Source: a virus
Strand: one strand, 5' to 3'
Length of the DNA stretch: 64,000 bases
Virus record (IMG/VR): IMGVR_UViG_3300043444_000257
Location: 20,509 to 84,508 of that record
Shown here: piece after piece, positions 1 to 10,045 of the stretch
Layout of the letters: each line of letters begins with the position of its first letter
Numbering within the stretch: position 1 is the stretch's first letter
Notes under the pieces: generated by a model
The model's input: the letters and a program-made list of their open reading frames with translations, nothing else
The model's database searches: none
What the model was told of the DNA's origin: nothing
Made by a program: the position numbers and the translations under genes

Positions 1-323
1 ATTTCATTAACTGCGATCCTCGGATCATAGTTTATAATTTCTTCTACATCTTTACTGATAATTGTTTTAACTTCTTCTGTAAAAGGTTCAAATAATATAT
101 CCCAGATAACTGTTCCAAATTCCGGATTTTCTAACTTTTCGCCTTTGCGAATATAAAAATGATTGATTAGATCTTGCTTAACTAGGTCAACATCAAAAAG
201 TTTATAATTTCTTTTACTTTCTGACGAATTAAAACCTTTATAGGCAAAACTAGTATTACCCTGTGTGCCCACAGATGCTGTGTTATTTGCTACCACTTTT
301 TGATTATAAAGTTTATTTGCCAT
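1..323 (-). CDS. gp25: Baseplate wedge subunit gp25-like (3' end truncated by window edge)
   Basis: Not in the ORF track. Manual translation from ATG at 323: MANKLYNQ...DVDLVKQDLINHFYIRKGEKLENPEFGTVIWDILFEP...IINYDPRI, matching the gp25/GPW pattern (GER..P.FG..L..LFEP...EPRI). Directly follows the gp5-like gene. Confidence 0.85.
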   Translation of the reverse strand, partial: MANKLYNQKVVANNTASVGTQGNTSFAYKGFNSSESKRNYKLFDVDLVKQDLINHFYIRKGEKLENPEFGTVIWDILFEPFTEEVKTIISKDVEEIINYDPRIAVNE

Positions 324-325
324 TT

Positions 326-1897
326 TTAAGTTTCCCTATCAGTAAATTGCGGTGTCTGCTGGGCAGGGGCAAAATTTTCGTGTTGCGGCCAAGGTTCGTG
401 CATAGGTATTCGTTTCATTATGCTTTTAATTTTGCCGGAAATATATTTGTTTCCCCAACCTGCTTCTACGCTAGTAGCAATATTGTCATGGGTAGTTAAT
501 GGCACAACCTGTTCAGCTACTTGAGCAAGTTCTGCAAGTTTTCCATTCATATGAATTTCAGCACCGCTTTGAATTATTTCTCCTACTGCTGCAATATTTG
601 TATTGCCGGACGATGTATATCTTGCAGTGGCCGAAGTAATTAAATTCATATCCCCCGCTGATGATATTTTTGCTGTTCCACCAATTCGTTGATCCCAGTT
701 AGAAGCGACTGTTATCTTTCCGTTGGCCCCGACTGCTATTTCAAAATCCGAGCCGACATCTGCTTTAACTCGGCCGCCAGTTTTAAGATTAAAATTTCTG
801 CCTGCTTCAAAATTAATATCTCGATTAGCAAACAAGTTTAAATCAGTTTCGGTGTGAATACTAATGCTATCTTTAGCATAGATATCTATCTTACCGTTGC
901 TGGTTAATTCTACCCACGTTGTTCCTCTAGCATTGCCTATGTAAATTAGATCTTCAGAATTATGTAAAAGAATTTGATGCCCTGTTCTAGTTCTTAACCT
1001 TAAACATTCTCCAAGCGGAATTGTTGGATCTCCGGTTTCTCCTTTTAACACATCTGCATAGTCTACCGGACCTTCAGCAGCAGGTGTTTTACGTTGATAC
1101 CTCTCGTCACCGTCGTCCATGACAAATTGTGTTCCACCTAATCTACTAACCGGCACCGTAGATCTAGTTAGATCTTCTTGTTTACCAACCAATGCTTTTT
1201 TAGCACCAGGTCGTCTATCCAACGGTCCGGGTGTAGAAATTCCGTAAACTGCACTCGGAGCCTCGCGTCTAGCCGAGCTTGTTGTTACACCTCTAACATC
1301 ATCTTCTAACAATCCCTGTTCTAAAAATCTATCTGCTATAGGATGAACTGGTTTTTTAATTTTATCGGGATCTATTATCTGATTCTTAGCGTTAATTTTT
1401 TTATTAATTTCTGCCACCGGTAATGGCTGTTTGGTATTATATTTTTTCTTGTCGTCTGGATCTAAGTCAACTTCTGTAGTTCCAGCAATGCCAGGAACCA
1501 TGTTGTTAGAAAATTTAGCAGGCACACAGCCCATCCAATAACCTTGACTCGGATCTCCGTTGACAAAAAATACTAATACGTTTACACCAATGTCGGGCGG
1601 CACAAACCACATACCGTAACTTTTCTGTGTATCGTTGTAACCGTCGATGGTCTTTTTAGACGCATCGTTCTGCCCCATATATTCAAATGCTGTATAACCA
1701 AAGAACGGCATTGCACATCGAACTACATAACTTTGATTATCATCACCTATAGTGTTACCTTGTTCTCGAAGCAGCGTAACTTCTAAACTGCCCATTAAAC
1801 TAGGGTCAAGATGTCCTACGATTCTAGCTAGGTAAGGACCGTTTTCTAGATTAGAGGTTTCTTTTGTTGAGTAGGAGGTTCGTCTTTCTTGTGCCAT
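326..1897 (-). CDS. gp5: Baseplate hub/central spike protein, gp5/VgrG-like (OB-fold plus beta-helix, no lysozyme domain evident)
   Basis: N-terminal GPYLARIV..HLDP...GSLEV and WFVPPDIGVNVLVFFVNGDPSQGYWMG (gp5 OB-fold). RTRTGHQILL followed by short beta-repeat segments. Baseplate gene context. Confidence 0.75.
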   Translation of the reverse strand: MAQERRTSYSTKETSNLENGPYLARIVGHLDPSLMGSLEVTLLREQGNTIGDDNQSYVVRCAMPFFGYTAFEYMGQNDASKKTIDGYNDTQKSYGMWFVPPDIGVNVLVFFVNGDPSQGYWMGCVPAKFSNNMVPGIAGTTEVDLDPDDKKKYNTKQPLPVAEINKKINAKNQIIDPDKIKKPVHPIADRFLEQGLLEDDVRGVTTSSARREAPSAVYGISTPGPLDRRPGAKKALVGKQEDLTRSTVPVSRLGGTQFVMDDGDERYQRKTPAAEGPVDYADVLKGETGDPTIPLGECLRLRTRTGHQILLHNSEDLIYIGNARGTTWVELTSNGKIDIYAKDSISIHTETDLNLFANRDINFEAGRNFNLKTGGRVKADVGSDFEIAVGANGKITVASNWDQRIGGTAKISSAGDMNLITSATARYTSSGNTNIAAVGEIIQSGAEIHMNGKLAELAQVAEQVVPLTTHDNIATSVEAGWGNKYISGKIKSIMKRIPMHEPWPQHENFAPAQQTPQFTDRET

Positions 1898-4209
1898 TAT
1901 TCGCCTTCGCCGCCGTATATAGGTGGTTCTTGTGCAGGAGTTGCTTTATCTTTAACTTCTCCTGCTACTGATGTTGCTAAAGATTTAAGTTTGTCGACAG
2001 TTAGATTGCCAATAACATTAGGATTCTGTTTTCCATAATCCTGACTTTGACCGGGCTGTCTAACACATTTTAATTTTTGCTTGAATATGCCGTCGTTGAA
2101 CGTATTATCACATTTCGTAACTCGGTAAATTCCGCTGAACGGGCTTTCTTTTCCTGAGCTAGGCCACTGATACAATCCGGTAACGTCATCTATATCTGAA
2201 GGTGTTCTAAATGTCAAATATACAAATACATTTCCCCCTTCATAATTCATTGTGCCGTCTTCTGTTAACAATTTACTTCTATTGCTCTGTCTAGCAAAAT
2301 AATTTGATATTCCGCTGTCAATTAACCAATACGGATCTCCCATAATTTCTAAATCAATATTAACTAAATCTCCACTGCCCGACGAAACAAAAGATTTATG
2401 AAAAGCTTCAGCTATTTTTTGTTCCGTATCTTTGTCATTATTGCCGCCTGCTATAGCCTTTAACGTAGCAGGATCTTTTTTAATCCTCGCTCGGCCCATA
2501 GTAGCTTGTTGAGCTTTAGGGGCGGCTCCTTGTGTAGTTTTAGCACCCTTTACAGTATCAGGTGCAACACCCTTCTGATCTTGATTTGATACTGCTCCGC
2601 TCTTCTGCTCAGAACTAGAGTTTTTACCTGTAAAAAATAAATTATTAATCTGTATATCAAATTTTAAAACATCGACGTTTTGTCCTGTATAGATATAATT
2701 GTATTGTTTGCAGATTTGTGTTTTTATTTGTTCGTATCCTAAAGGAGCAGCAGTAGGAGGACTAAAAACAGTATGGTGCACCAGATAGGGCACTACACGA
2801 AAAATAAATTTCTGTGCATATTCTCCGATTAGTGGATCTAAATCTAATAACTGTATTTGAACGTCGATCCTCCACCATTTAATGAATCCATCCGGTGTAA
2901 GATTTTTAGGATCGATAGCTTTCTTGGCGTAAACAGAATTTAATATTACCTGATTGATGATTGATGTTAAACTTTGATTTTGCGTAAATTGAAAAACACG
3001 AGTCTTAGGATTTATCTGCATACGGTCTCTAGAAACCACGCCTGTCTTTGGATCAACTTTATCACCGTATCTAGCAAACGGATAGTTACCGCCTGTTTTC
3101 TGATCAAATCCAAAATCGCTTTTTCCTATGTCGTTAGAACCAAAATCTAACGATACTGCAACGTTTTTTCCAGCCACCGTTAATTTATCAGGTTGATTAG
3201 GATTTAGGGTAGCTTTTCTGTCGATACCAGGAATTGTGGCAGAGTTTAAAAATTCATCTGATGTCTCAGGAAACTCTATGGTATAAACATCTTTTACTTT
3301 TATCTGTCCTTCTTTGAAATATTTTTCTTCTAGATTGTTGAGATAAGCACAAAGACTTTTTTCTCCAGAAACTAGAACATCTTTTACTGTGCCTGCATCG
3401 GGCCCTGATTCGGAACAGGCGAGCTTTACATCAGTGTAAAGAATATTCGTTATATCTGAAAATCCTTTGTGGCTCATAGGCACTGCTTCTACTTTATAAA
3501 CACTGCCGTTTTCGCTGACCGAAAATGTTACCTTTGTTAACGAAACTGTCCAGAATTTAGGTTTGATCGACGTCATTATACGACCAGTTTCATCGTATCC
3601 CATAAAGTCTAATCTTAGAACGAACGGACAGGTATTGAGATAATTGTTATAACCGGATTTAACCGCAGCATTCTGCATACTCTGCAATAATAATCCCATG
3701 CTATGAGGTTCTACAATATCCCAAGTAAATTTAAATGCGTTTGAGTTGCCGGATTTATTAGTTGGGGAAATTGTTGTTTCCATAACAAAATTATTAATGA
3801 AATACTCAGGAGCACCATGAACAGTGTTCACTCGCTGACTGTCAAATCGTCCCCCTGATGAAAAGACTACATTTTTAAGTGCTGCTGGATTTCCCCTATA
3901 GCTCATTGGATCATTAAATTGCTTAGGATCTAAACAAGCAAATGTCCACATAGGAGTATAATGTGCAAAATTTTCTAAAGGATTATTAATTATGTTTGGC
4001 GGTGTGGATAAAGATTGATCAAATACTCCAGATTTTGCAAGCACGGTTGAAATTCCGCCTTTTAAAAAATCTGTAGCTTTTCCTGCGGCTAAGCCTGTTA
4101 TTACTGAAGCAGCACCTTTAGAAATAGAGTTCGCACCGGGTATAGGTAATATACCGCTTCCGTCTGGTTTTACTATATCTGTAATTGCTTTGCCAAGATT
4201 TCTAAACAT
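1897..4209 (-). CDS. Large baseplate/tail hub protein (possible gp27/gpD-like hub)
   Basis: 770-aa ORF between gp53 and gp5. C-terminal LEIMGDPYW and FSGIYRVTKCDNTFNDGIFKQKL resemble the ends of contractile-tail hub proteins. Confidence 0.55.
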   Translation of the reverse strand: MFRNLGKAITDIVKPDGSGILPIPGANSISKGAASVITGLAAGKATDFLKGGISTVLAKSGVFDQSLSTPPNIINNPLENFAHYTPMWTFACLDPKQFNDPMSYRGNPAALKNVVFSSGGRFDSQRVNTVHGAPEYFINNFVMETTISPTNKSGNSNAFKFTWDIVEPHSMGLLLQSMQNAAVKSGYNNYLNTCPFVLRLDFMGYDETGRIMTSIKPKFWTVSLTKVTFSVSENGSVYKVEAVPMSHKGFSDITNILYTDVKLACSESGPDAGTVKDVLVSGEKSLCAYLNNLEEKYFKEGQIKVKDVYTIEFPETSDEFLNSATIPGIDRKATLNPNQPDKLTVAGKNVAVSLDFGSNDIGKSDFGFDQKTGGNYPFARYGDKVDPKTGVVSRDRMQINPKTRVFQFTQNQSLTSIINQVILNSVYAKKAIDPKNLTPDGFIKWWRIDVQIQLLDLDPLIGEYAQKFIFRVVPYLVHHTVFSPPTAAPLGYEQIKTQICKQYNYIYTGQNVDVLKFDIQINNLFFTGKNSSSEQKSGAVSNQDQKGVAPDTVKGAKTTQGAAPKAQQATMGRARIKKDPATLKAIAGGNNDKDTEQKIAEAFHKSFVSSGSGDLVNIDLEIMGDPYWLIDSGISNYFARQSNRSKLLTEDGTMNYEGGNVFVYLTFRTPSDIDDVTGLYQWPSSGKESPFSGIYRVTKCDNTFNDGIFKQKLKCVRQPGQSQDYGKQNPNVIGNLTVDKLKSLATSVAGEVKDKATPAQEPPIYGGEGE

Positions 4210-4210
4210 C

Positions 4211-4510
4211 TTAGACTCCTAGAAACTTTTCTAGATTAGATTTTTTTGGAATGTAGATAGTTACTCCGGGTTCAAAATCATAAATGGGGTCTTTGATTAC
4301 TCCTAAGTTTCGCTGAACGAAAACCCACCACAACTTAGGATTACCGTAGAGGTCATATGCTAATAGATCCGGTCTGTGTCGGTATTGGCTTTCGATCACA
4401 TATCTAAAATCATCTGCTTCGGCTGGAACAGGTCTTATATCTAATAATTCAAGATACAAATTATTTTGAGGGGTGTTAGCCCAGGGACTCGATTGACTGT
4501 ATTGTGCCAT
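4211..4510 (-). CDS. gp53: Baseplate wedge protein gp53-like (LysM-like)
   Basis: RPDLLAYDLYGNPKLWWVF...IKDPIYDFEPGVTIYIP motif. Start placed at ATG 4510 (MAQYSQ), just past the stop of the upstream gene. Confidence 0.8.
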   Translation of the reverse strand: MAQYSQSSPWANTPQNNLYLELLDIRPVPAEADDFRYVIESQYRHRPDLLAYDLYGNPKLWWVFVQRNLGVIKDPIYDFEPGVTIYIPKKSNLEKFLGV

Positions 4511-4511
4511 A

Positions 4512-5636
4512 TTAGATATATCCCACGCCGCTGCTTGGAGTTCCTTGTGAATATTGCTCAAGGCTAAACTTGCGCTGCTTACGTCTGTTGTATACAGGAG
4601 CCACTGTTACAGAAATAGTGCTAACTACAGGAACCCATGTGTTCGTGTTAAATGTATTACAATTGATATAATTCACATCTTCTTTAAGGTCCACACTAAA
4701 AGATTTAATAATCACCGGCACTTTATCAAATACACTAGAACCATACCCTGTAAGGTTACATATCAACGGAGGATTGCCCGCTAACGCCCCTTCACCAAAA
4801 AACATTTTTGTAGCTGTCTTAAAAAATGTTGTAGCTGCGATCCAATAAGCAGCATCTTCTTCTGTTTCACAAGTAAACTCTCCAGAAATCTGAATGTCAT
4901 CCACTGTGCTGTTTTTATATCCATACATCTGATAATTGCTATGAATAGTGCTGATGGAATTATATTCTGCTTTGGTGCTAACAGTAATACTTGGGTTATA
5001 GGGCCAAACGACTCCTCCTGTTTTTTCTAGAAGCGTAAATAATGGCGAGTTGAAAATATTCCACTGGCAGGTGATCCTTACTCTCCAATCTCCTTTAGTC
5101 CCCGGAAACAATTGGATCGGCGTTCCTTGTTTTAAAAATAACTCACCGCCAGCAGGAAGATTCGCTCCCCTACCAAGGCTAAGAATATTGTTTAACATTC
5201 CAGCACCTTTAGAAATATTGCCTGCAAGTCCCATTAATCCACCTGCTAAATTTCCGCCGGTTAATTTATTAATGCTACCAGATATATCTGCGGTAATATT
5301 GCTGATAGATCCTGTTACAGATTGTAATGATCCTATGTTTGCGTTGACTCCGGGTAGACTTGATGCTACGTTTTGTATACCCCCAAGTGCTTTTGATGTC
5401 TGCCCAAACGCAGCCGTTAAAGTTGATCCTGTATTAGCAACCACTGTTCCGCCTACAAGACCGTTTAATCCGCTATTCAACCCGCCGCTTAAACGTGACA
5501 TTTTTGAATCTAAGTTAGCTTTGGTAACAGCGTCGCCCACTTGTGGTAGAGCTGCTTGACCTTCGTTTGTAGCCTTAGAAATGGCACTGGCTACTTGATT
5601 TACTAGCTGTGCGATAGGGTTGATAGATAGTGACAT
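4512..5636 (-). CDS. Tail tube initiator/baseplate-tube junction protein (gp48/gp54-like)
   Basis: C-terminal tube-like domain (VVWPYNPSI...HSNY...GNPPLICNLTGYG...VPVIIKSFSVDL..DVNYI) after a Gly/Asn/Ser-rich N-terminus. First gene of the baseplate operon. Confidence 0.6.
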   Translation of the reverse strand: MSLSINPIAQLVNQVASAISKATNEGQAALPQVGDAVTKANLDSKMSRLSGGLNSGLNGLVGGTVVANTGSTLTAAFGQTSKALGGIQNVASSLPGVNANIGSLQSVTGSISNITADISGSINKLTGGNLAGGLMGLAGNISKGAGMLNNILSLGRGANLPAGGELFLKQGTPIQLFPGTKGDWRVRITCQWNIFNSPLFTLLEKTGGVVWPYNPSITVSTKAEYNSISTIHSNYQMYGYKNSTVDDIQISGEFTCETEEDAAYWIAATTFFKTATKMFFGEGALAGNPPLICNLTGYGSSVFDKVPVIIKSFSVDLKEDVNYINCNTFNTNTWVPVVSTISVTVAPVYNRRKQRKFSLEQYSQGTPSSGVGYI

Positions 5637-5663
5637 TTTGAGTAAATTCCTAATGTTATACTC

Positions 5664-5669
5664 TATTTA
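5664..5669 (-). promoter_or_regulatory. Putative late promoter (TAAATA) for the baseplate operon
   Basis: Minus-strand TAAATA about 30 nt upstream of ATG 5636. The same motif recurs before most late operons. Confidence 0.55.
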
Positions 5670-5717
5670 TTTTAGTAAAAATATGCTATTATAATTTAAA
5701 TAGGAGAATTCTAATTT

Positions 5718-6566
5718 ATGAATGCACCACCAAAGATAAAATACCTAACCAACAAAGATCTGTTAAGAGAGATACACCTTAGTAAAAACACATATTGTTC
5801 CTTTACTAAACAAGAATACAGCGAGTATGACCTAATTGTTACGAGCTTAGAAAAAATCAATGTCAGAACAATAGCAGAAGCTAAACGAAATCGAGCAGCA
5901 AAACTTTCTAAGAAAGCACACGAAGCTGCTGTGCTAGCTGAAGGCAAAAAGCTCAGCGCAAAAGATTTTGAAATCGATTATAAAAAAGTTGCCAAGCAAG
6001 ATGTAGTTTTCCGCATCATGACTTTTGAACATGTGCCGCTGGCACCGGGTCGCAAAAAGACATTAAAGAATACCGCAGACAGCCACGAGAAAGTAAACTT
6101 TCCTCCTTTTCAACATTGGAAGTTTGATGACAACGACAATCTAATATTAGTAGGAAAGAGTCATTGGAAAGGCGGCTTAAAAACCGGAACATTCTCAAAA
6201 GATCACGGGCAGATGACTGATAATCTAGCTCGTATGTTTTTAAAGCTCTGCGAAAGGTATGCTACTCGTGGTAACGTCCGAGGTTATACCTACAACGACG
6301 AAATGAAAGGTCAGGCTATTTTACAGCTTACCCAGATAGGACTACAATTCGATGAAAGTAAATCTGATAATCCTTTTGCTTATTATACTGCTGCCGTTAC
6401 TAATTCATTCGTTAGAATCATCAACATCGAAAAACGTAACCAAAACATTAGAGATGACATATTGGAGATGAACGGAATGAATCCAAGTTGGACTCGCCAA
6501 AATAGCGGAGGAGGCAGCGGAGCAGCTTCGGCTCCGATTACGATCGATACCTCCGATTGGGATTGA
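5718..6566 (+). CDS. gp55: Late-transcription sigma factor gp55-like
   Basis: KYLTNKDLL, NVRGYTYNDEMKGQAI and FDESKSDNPFAYYT motifs typical of gp55. Upstream of gp47/gp46 as in T4-like phages. SD AGGAG upstream. Confidence 0.85.
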   Translation: MNAPPKIKYLTNKDLLREIHLSKNTYCSFTKQEYSEYDLIVTSLEKINVRTIAEAKRNRAAKLSKKAHEAAVLAEGKKLSAKDFEIDYKKVAKQDVVFRIMTFEHVPLAPGRKKTLKNTADSHEKVNFPPFQHWKFDDNDNLILVGKSHWKGGLKTGTFSKDHGQMTDNLARMFLKLCERYATRGNVRGYTYNDEMKGQAILQLTQIGLQFDESKSDNPFAYYTAAVTNSFVRIINIEKRNQNIRDDILEMNGMNPSWTRQNSGGGSGAASAPITIDTSDWD

Positions 6567-6591
6567 CATTTTCTCTTAATAAAGTTATTAT
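6563..6591 (+). promoter_or_regulatory. Sigma70-type promoter TTGACA-N17-TATTAT
   Basis: TTGACA at 6563-6568 and TATTAT at 6586-6591, 17-nt spacing. Predicted +1 falls at about the gp47 ATG (6598). Confidence 0.65.
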
Positions 6592-6597
6592 AATTCT

Positions 6598-7608
6598 ATG
6601 AATCTATTCAAAAAAGCAGCCTGTTTTACAGATATACATTTTGGTTTAAAGAGTGGCAGTAGAACACACAACATTGACTGTGAAGAGTTTGTCAAATGGT
6701 TTTGTGAAGCTGCTAAAGCTGAAGGTGCAGAGACTTGTATCTTCCTAGGCGACTGGCATCACAATCGCTCGACTACAGATGTCAGCACAATGAATTATAC
6801 ATTGTCTAACCTAGAACATCTAAGTCAAAACTTCGAACGTGTATATTTTATCCTAGGTAACCACGATCTATTCTATAAGGACAAGCGTGAGATTAACTCA
6901 GTTGAGTTTATGCGTCTGTTCCCTAATGTAGTTCCTATCAGAGACATCTTTACAGAAGGCGATGTAACTATCATGCCTTGGCTCGTAGGAGACGAATGGC
7001 AGAAGGTTCCTAAGATCAAAAGCAGATATATTTTTGGTCATTTAGAATTGCCGCATTTTTACATGAATGCCATGGTGCAGATGCCAGATCATGGGCAATT
7101 ACAGGATGGGCATTTTGTTAATCAAGAATACGTATTCACTGGTCACTTCCATAAGCGTCAGCACAAAGGTAAAGTTGTTTATATCGGTAATGCTTTTCCT
7201 CACAACTATGCGGATGCCGGAGACGACGAGCGTGGTATGATGCTGTTAGAATGGGGTGGGAAACCCGAGTATAAAACTTGGCCTGCTCAACCGATATATA
7301 GAACATACAAACTTAGTCAGATCATCGACACACCAGATAAGTTACTGCGTGAAAAGATGCATTGCCGCGTAACTATCGACCTTCCTATTTCTTTTGAAGA
7401 AGCTAATTTCATTAGAGATACATTTATTCCTCAATACAATCTACGAGAATTAATGTTAATTCCCGAAAAGGTAGAAGTTGAAAGTGCTTCAGTGCCTATC
7501 GATATTAAATTTGAATCAGTTGATACTATCGTCATGAATCAAATCAATGCTATCGAAAGCGAGACCTACGATAAAGCACTGCTAATGGAGATTTATAAAG
7601 AACTATGA
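6598..7608 (+). CDS. gp47: Recombination nuclease subunit gp47 (Mre11/SbcD)
   Basis: Metallophosphoesterase motifs DIHFG, GDWHH, GNHD, GH, GHFH. Confidence 0.93.
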   Translation: MNLFKKAACFTDIHFGLKSGSRTHNIDCEEFVKWFCEAAKAEGAETCIFLGDWHHNRSTTDVSTMNYTLSNLEHLSQNFERVYFILGNHDLFYKDKREINSVEFMRLFPNVVPIRDIFTEGDVTIMPWLVGDEWQKVPKIKSRYIFGHLELPHFYMNAMVQMPDHGQLQDGHFVNQEYVFTGHFHKRQHKGKVVYIGNAFPHNYADAGDDERGMMLLEWGGKPEYKTWPAQPIYRTYKLSQIIDTPDKLLREKMHCRVTIDLPISFEEANFIRDTFIPQYNLRELMLIPEKVEVESASVPIDIKFESVDTIVMNQINAIESETYDKALLMEIYKEL

Positions 7609-9383
7609 TTAAGATTAAAAATCTTACTGTAAAAAATTTCATGAGCGTGGGTAATCAAACCCAAGCCATCGACTTTGACCGTGGACAATTAACTTTAGTT
7701 CTAGGTGAAAATTTAGATCTAGGAGGTGATGACTCGGGCGCCAGAAATGGCACAGGCAAAACTACAATCATCAACGGACTAAGTTATGCAATCTACGGTC
7801 AAGCCTTAACTAACATCAAGCGTGATAATCTTATCAATAAGATTAACGGCAAAGGAATGTTAGCAACTGTGACATTTGAAAAAAATGGCATAGAGTATCA
7901 CATCGAGAGAGGTCGTAAACCTAACTTACTAAAGTTTAGTATCAACGGACAAGAACAAGAATTACAAGATCTAGACGAAAGCCAAGGTGATTCTAGAGAA
8001 ACACAAAAGTCAATCGAAGATGTTATAGAAATGAGCCACGAAATGTTTAAACATCTTGTGGCATTGAACACCTATACTGAACCTTTCTTATCGATGAAAG
8101 CTGCTGATCAGCGTAGCATCATTGAACAACTGCTGGGAATTACACAGTTATCTGAAAAAGCAGAAACGTTGAAAGAACAGATTAAGGCAACTAAAGATTC
8201 TATCTCTGCAGAAAATACTAAAATTGAAACTATCAAGGCTAGCAACGAGCGCATTCAACAAAGCATCGAAAGCCTAGAAAGAAAACAAAGGCTTTGGAAC
8301 GACACAAAAGAAAAAAGTATTGAAACTATATTAAAAAGTATCGACCATCTAAGTGATATCGACATAGAACATGAAATAGTTAATCAACGGGCTTTGGTTG
8401 AGTGGACTAAAAACAAAAAAGAAAGAGACGGTCTATTAAGTTTGATCGCAAAACAAACTGCTACCATCGATAAAGAGCAGAAAGTTTTTGATAAACTGAC
8501 AAAAGAACTGGCGTCCCTAGCTGATCATAAGTGTCATAGCTGCGGACAGGACCTGCATGACGAGAAACATAACGTCATGGTCGAATCTAAGAACAAACAG
8601 GTCAACGAAAGCCGAGAGTCTCTCAAAGAACATCAGTTAGAATTAGCAGATCTCAATGAAGCATTATTACTGTTGGGTGATCCTACTGATTGTCCTAAGG
8701 TGATTTACGACAATTTAGAAGAAGCATTAAATCATAAAAACACCATAGACGGATTAAACAAAGATCTAGAGCTTAAGAAAGCTGAAGAAAATCCCTATGA
8801 CGAACAGATCGAAGAACTAAAAAACACTGCCCTACAAGAAGTTAACTGGGATCATGTTAACGACCTAACCAAGGTTAAAGATCATCAGGAGTTCTTACAT
8901 AAACTACTGACTAACAAAGACTCGTTTGTTCGCAAACGCATCATAGATCAAAACCTAGCATTTTTGAATCAACGATTAACCTATTATCTCGACAAGATCG
9001 GCTTACCACATATCGTAGAATTTCAGAACGATCTGTCTGTGATCATAACACAGCTTGGTCAAGATCTAGACTTTGATAATCTAAGCCGTGGAGAGCGCAA
9101 TAGATTGATACTTTCTCTAAGCTGGGCGTTCCGTGATGTGTGGGAAAACCTGTATCGTCCGATCAACCTATTGTTTATCGACGAGCTAGTAGATTCGGGT
9201 ATGGATGCCAGCGGTGTTGAAAGCTCGATCGCTGTGTTAAAACGTATGACCAGAGAAAGACAAAAGAATGTATTCTTAATTTCTCACAAAGACGAACTAA
9301 TGAATCGTGTAAACCACGTATTGAAAGTGATTAAAGAAAATGGATTCACTAGTTATTCAACTGATATTGAAATATTAGAATGA
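7605..9383 (+). CDS. gp46: Recombination ATPase gp46 (Rad50/SbcC)
   Basis: Walker A NGTGKTT, coiled coil with CHSC zinc hook, signature LSRGE, Walker B LLFIDE, ISH switch. Confidence 0.95.
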   Translation: MIKIKNLTVKNFMSVGNQTQAIDFDRGQLTLVLGENLDLGGDDSGARNGTGKTTIINGLSYAIYGQALTNIKRDNLINKINGKGMLATVTFEKNGIEYHIERGRKPNLLKFSINGQEQELQDLDESQGDSRETQKSIEDVIEMSHEMFKHLVALNTYTEPFLSMKAADQRSIIEQLLGITQLSEKAETLKEQIKATKDSISAENTKIETIKASNERIQQSIESLERKQRLWNDTKEKSIETILKSIDHLSDIDIEHEIVNQRALVEWTKNKKERDGLLSLIAKQTATIDKEQKVFDKLTKELASLADHKCHSCGQDLHDEKHNVMVESKNKQVNESRESLKEHQLELADLNEALLLLGDPTDCPKVIYDNLEEALNHKNTIDGLNKDLELKKAEENPYDEQIEELKNTALQEVNWDHVNDLTKVKDHQEFLHKLLTNKDSFVRKRIIDQNLAFLNQRLTYYLDKIGLPHIVEFQNDLSVIITQLGQDLDFDNLSRGERNRLILSLSWAFRDVWENLYRPINLLFIDELVDSGMDASGVESSIAVLKRMTRERQKNVFLISHKDELMNRVNHVLKVIKENGFTSYSTDIEILE

Positions 9384-9610
9384 GCACAGACTCTCATGAT
9401 AAGATGATCGAAGCGTTCCAGCAGTATTTTAAATGGCAGGAACGCTTTGAATATAAAGGCAGCGACGAGGCAGGCATTAAGGCACGATTTTGGTTATCAG
9501 AAATACGCAACGAGGCAAGTAAAAGGCGAGTAGAAATACAGGAAAAACGTGAGGCTCGTAAATTAGCCAGAAAAGGCAAGCTAGGTCGACCGCCAAAACT
9601 AACTAAGTGA
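9380..9610 (+). CDS. Small basic helical protein, possibly Hc1/histone-H1-like DNA-binding
   Basis: 76 aa, ATGA overlap with the gp46 stop. KGSDEAGIKAR..LSEI resembles the KGNKAAG.RAR motif of Hc1-like proteins. Lys/Arg-rich tail. Confidence 0.5.
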   Translation: MSTDSHDKMIEAFQQYFKWQERFEYKGSDEAGIKARFWLSEIRNEASKRRVEIQEKREARKLARKGKLGRPPKLTK

Positions 9611-10045
9611 GTGCAGTGGACTTATCAAAATCAACCCGTAGAAGAAATACCCGAAGGCTATATTGGCTTTGTTTATCTCATCACTAATCTCACGACCGGA
9701 CAAAAATACATAGGCAAAAAACTAGCACAGTTTAAACGCACAAAACCACCACTCAAAGGCAAAAAACTTAAACGCAGGAGCACAGTAGAAAGCGATTGGC
9801 GCGATTACTGGGGTTCTAGCGATAGGTTAAACGCAGATGTCCAAGCACTAGGTCCGGCAAATTTCACTAGAGAAATACTTTATCTTTGCAAATCCAAGGC
9901 AGAAATGTCATATTTAGAGGCTAGAGAGCAGTTTGAACGCAGGGTTTTAGAAACCGACGACTATTATAATGGCATTATAAACGTCAGAGTAGGCGGATCG
10001 AACATACTTAGGCAGCGTCTTTTAGAACAAAATCAGGCAAAATAA
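9611..10045 (+). CDS. Stand-alone GIY-YIG nuclease (T4 endonuclease II/DenA-like)
   Basis: GFVYLITNLTTGQKYIGKK ... DWRDYWGSS ... YLEAREQF ... YYNGII. 144 aa with no extra DNA-binding domain. Confidence 0.8.
   Translation: MQWTYQNQPVEEIPEGYIGFVYLITNLTTGQKYIGKKLAQFKRTKPPLKGKKLKRRSTVESDWRDYWGSSDRLNADVQALGPANFTREILYLCKSKAEMSYLEAREQFERRVLETDDYYNGIINVRVGGSNILRQRLLEQNQAK

Noticed and set aside
9611-10045. Mobile homing endonuclease
   Set aside because: Short, lacks NUMOD/HTH DNA-binding extensions, and is not inside an intron. Fits an endonuclease II-like core gene better.
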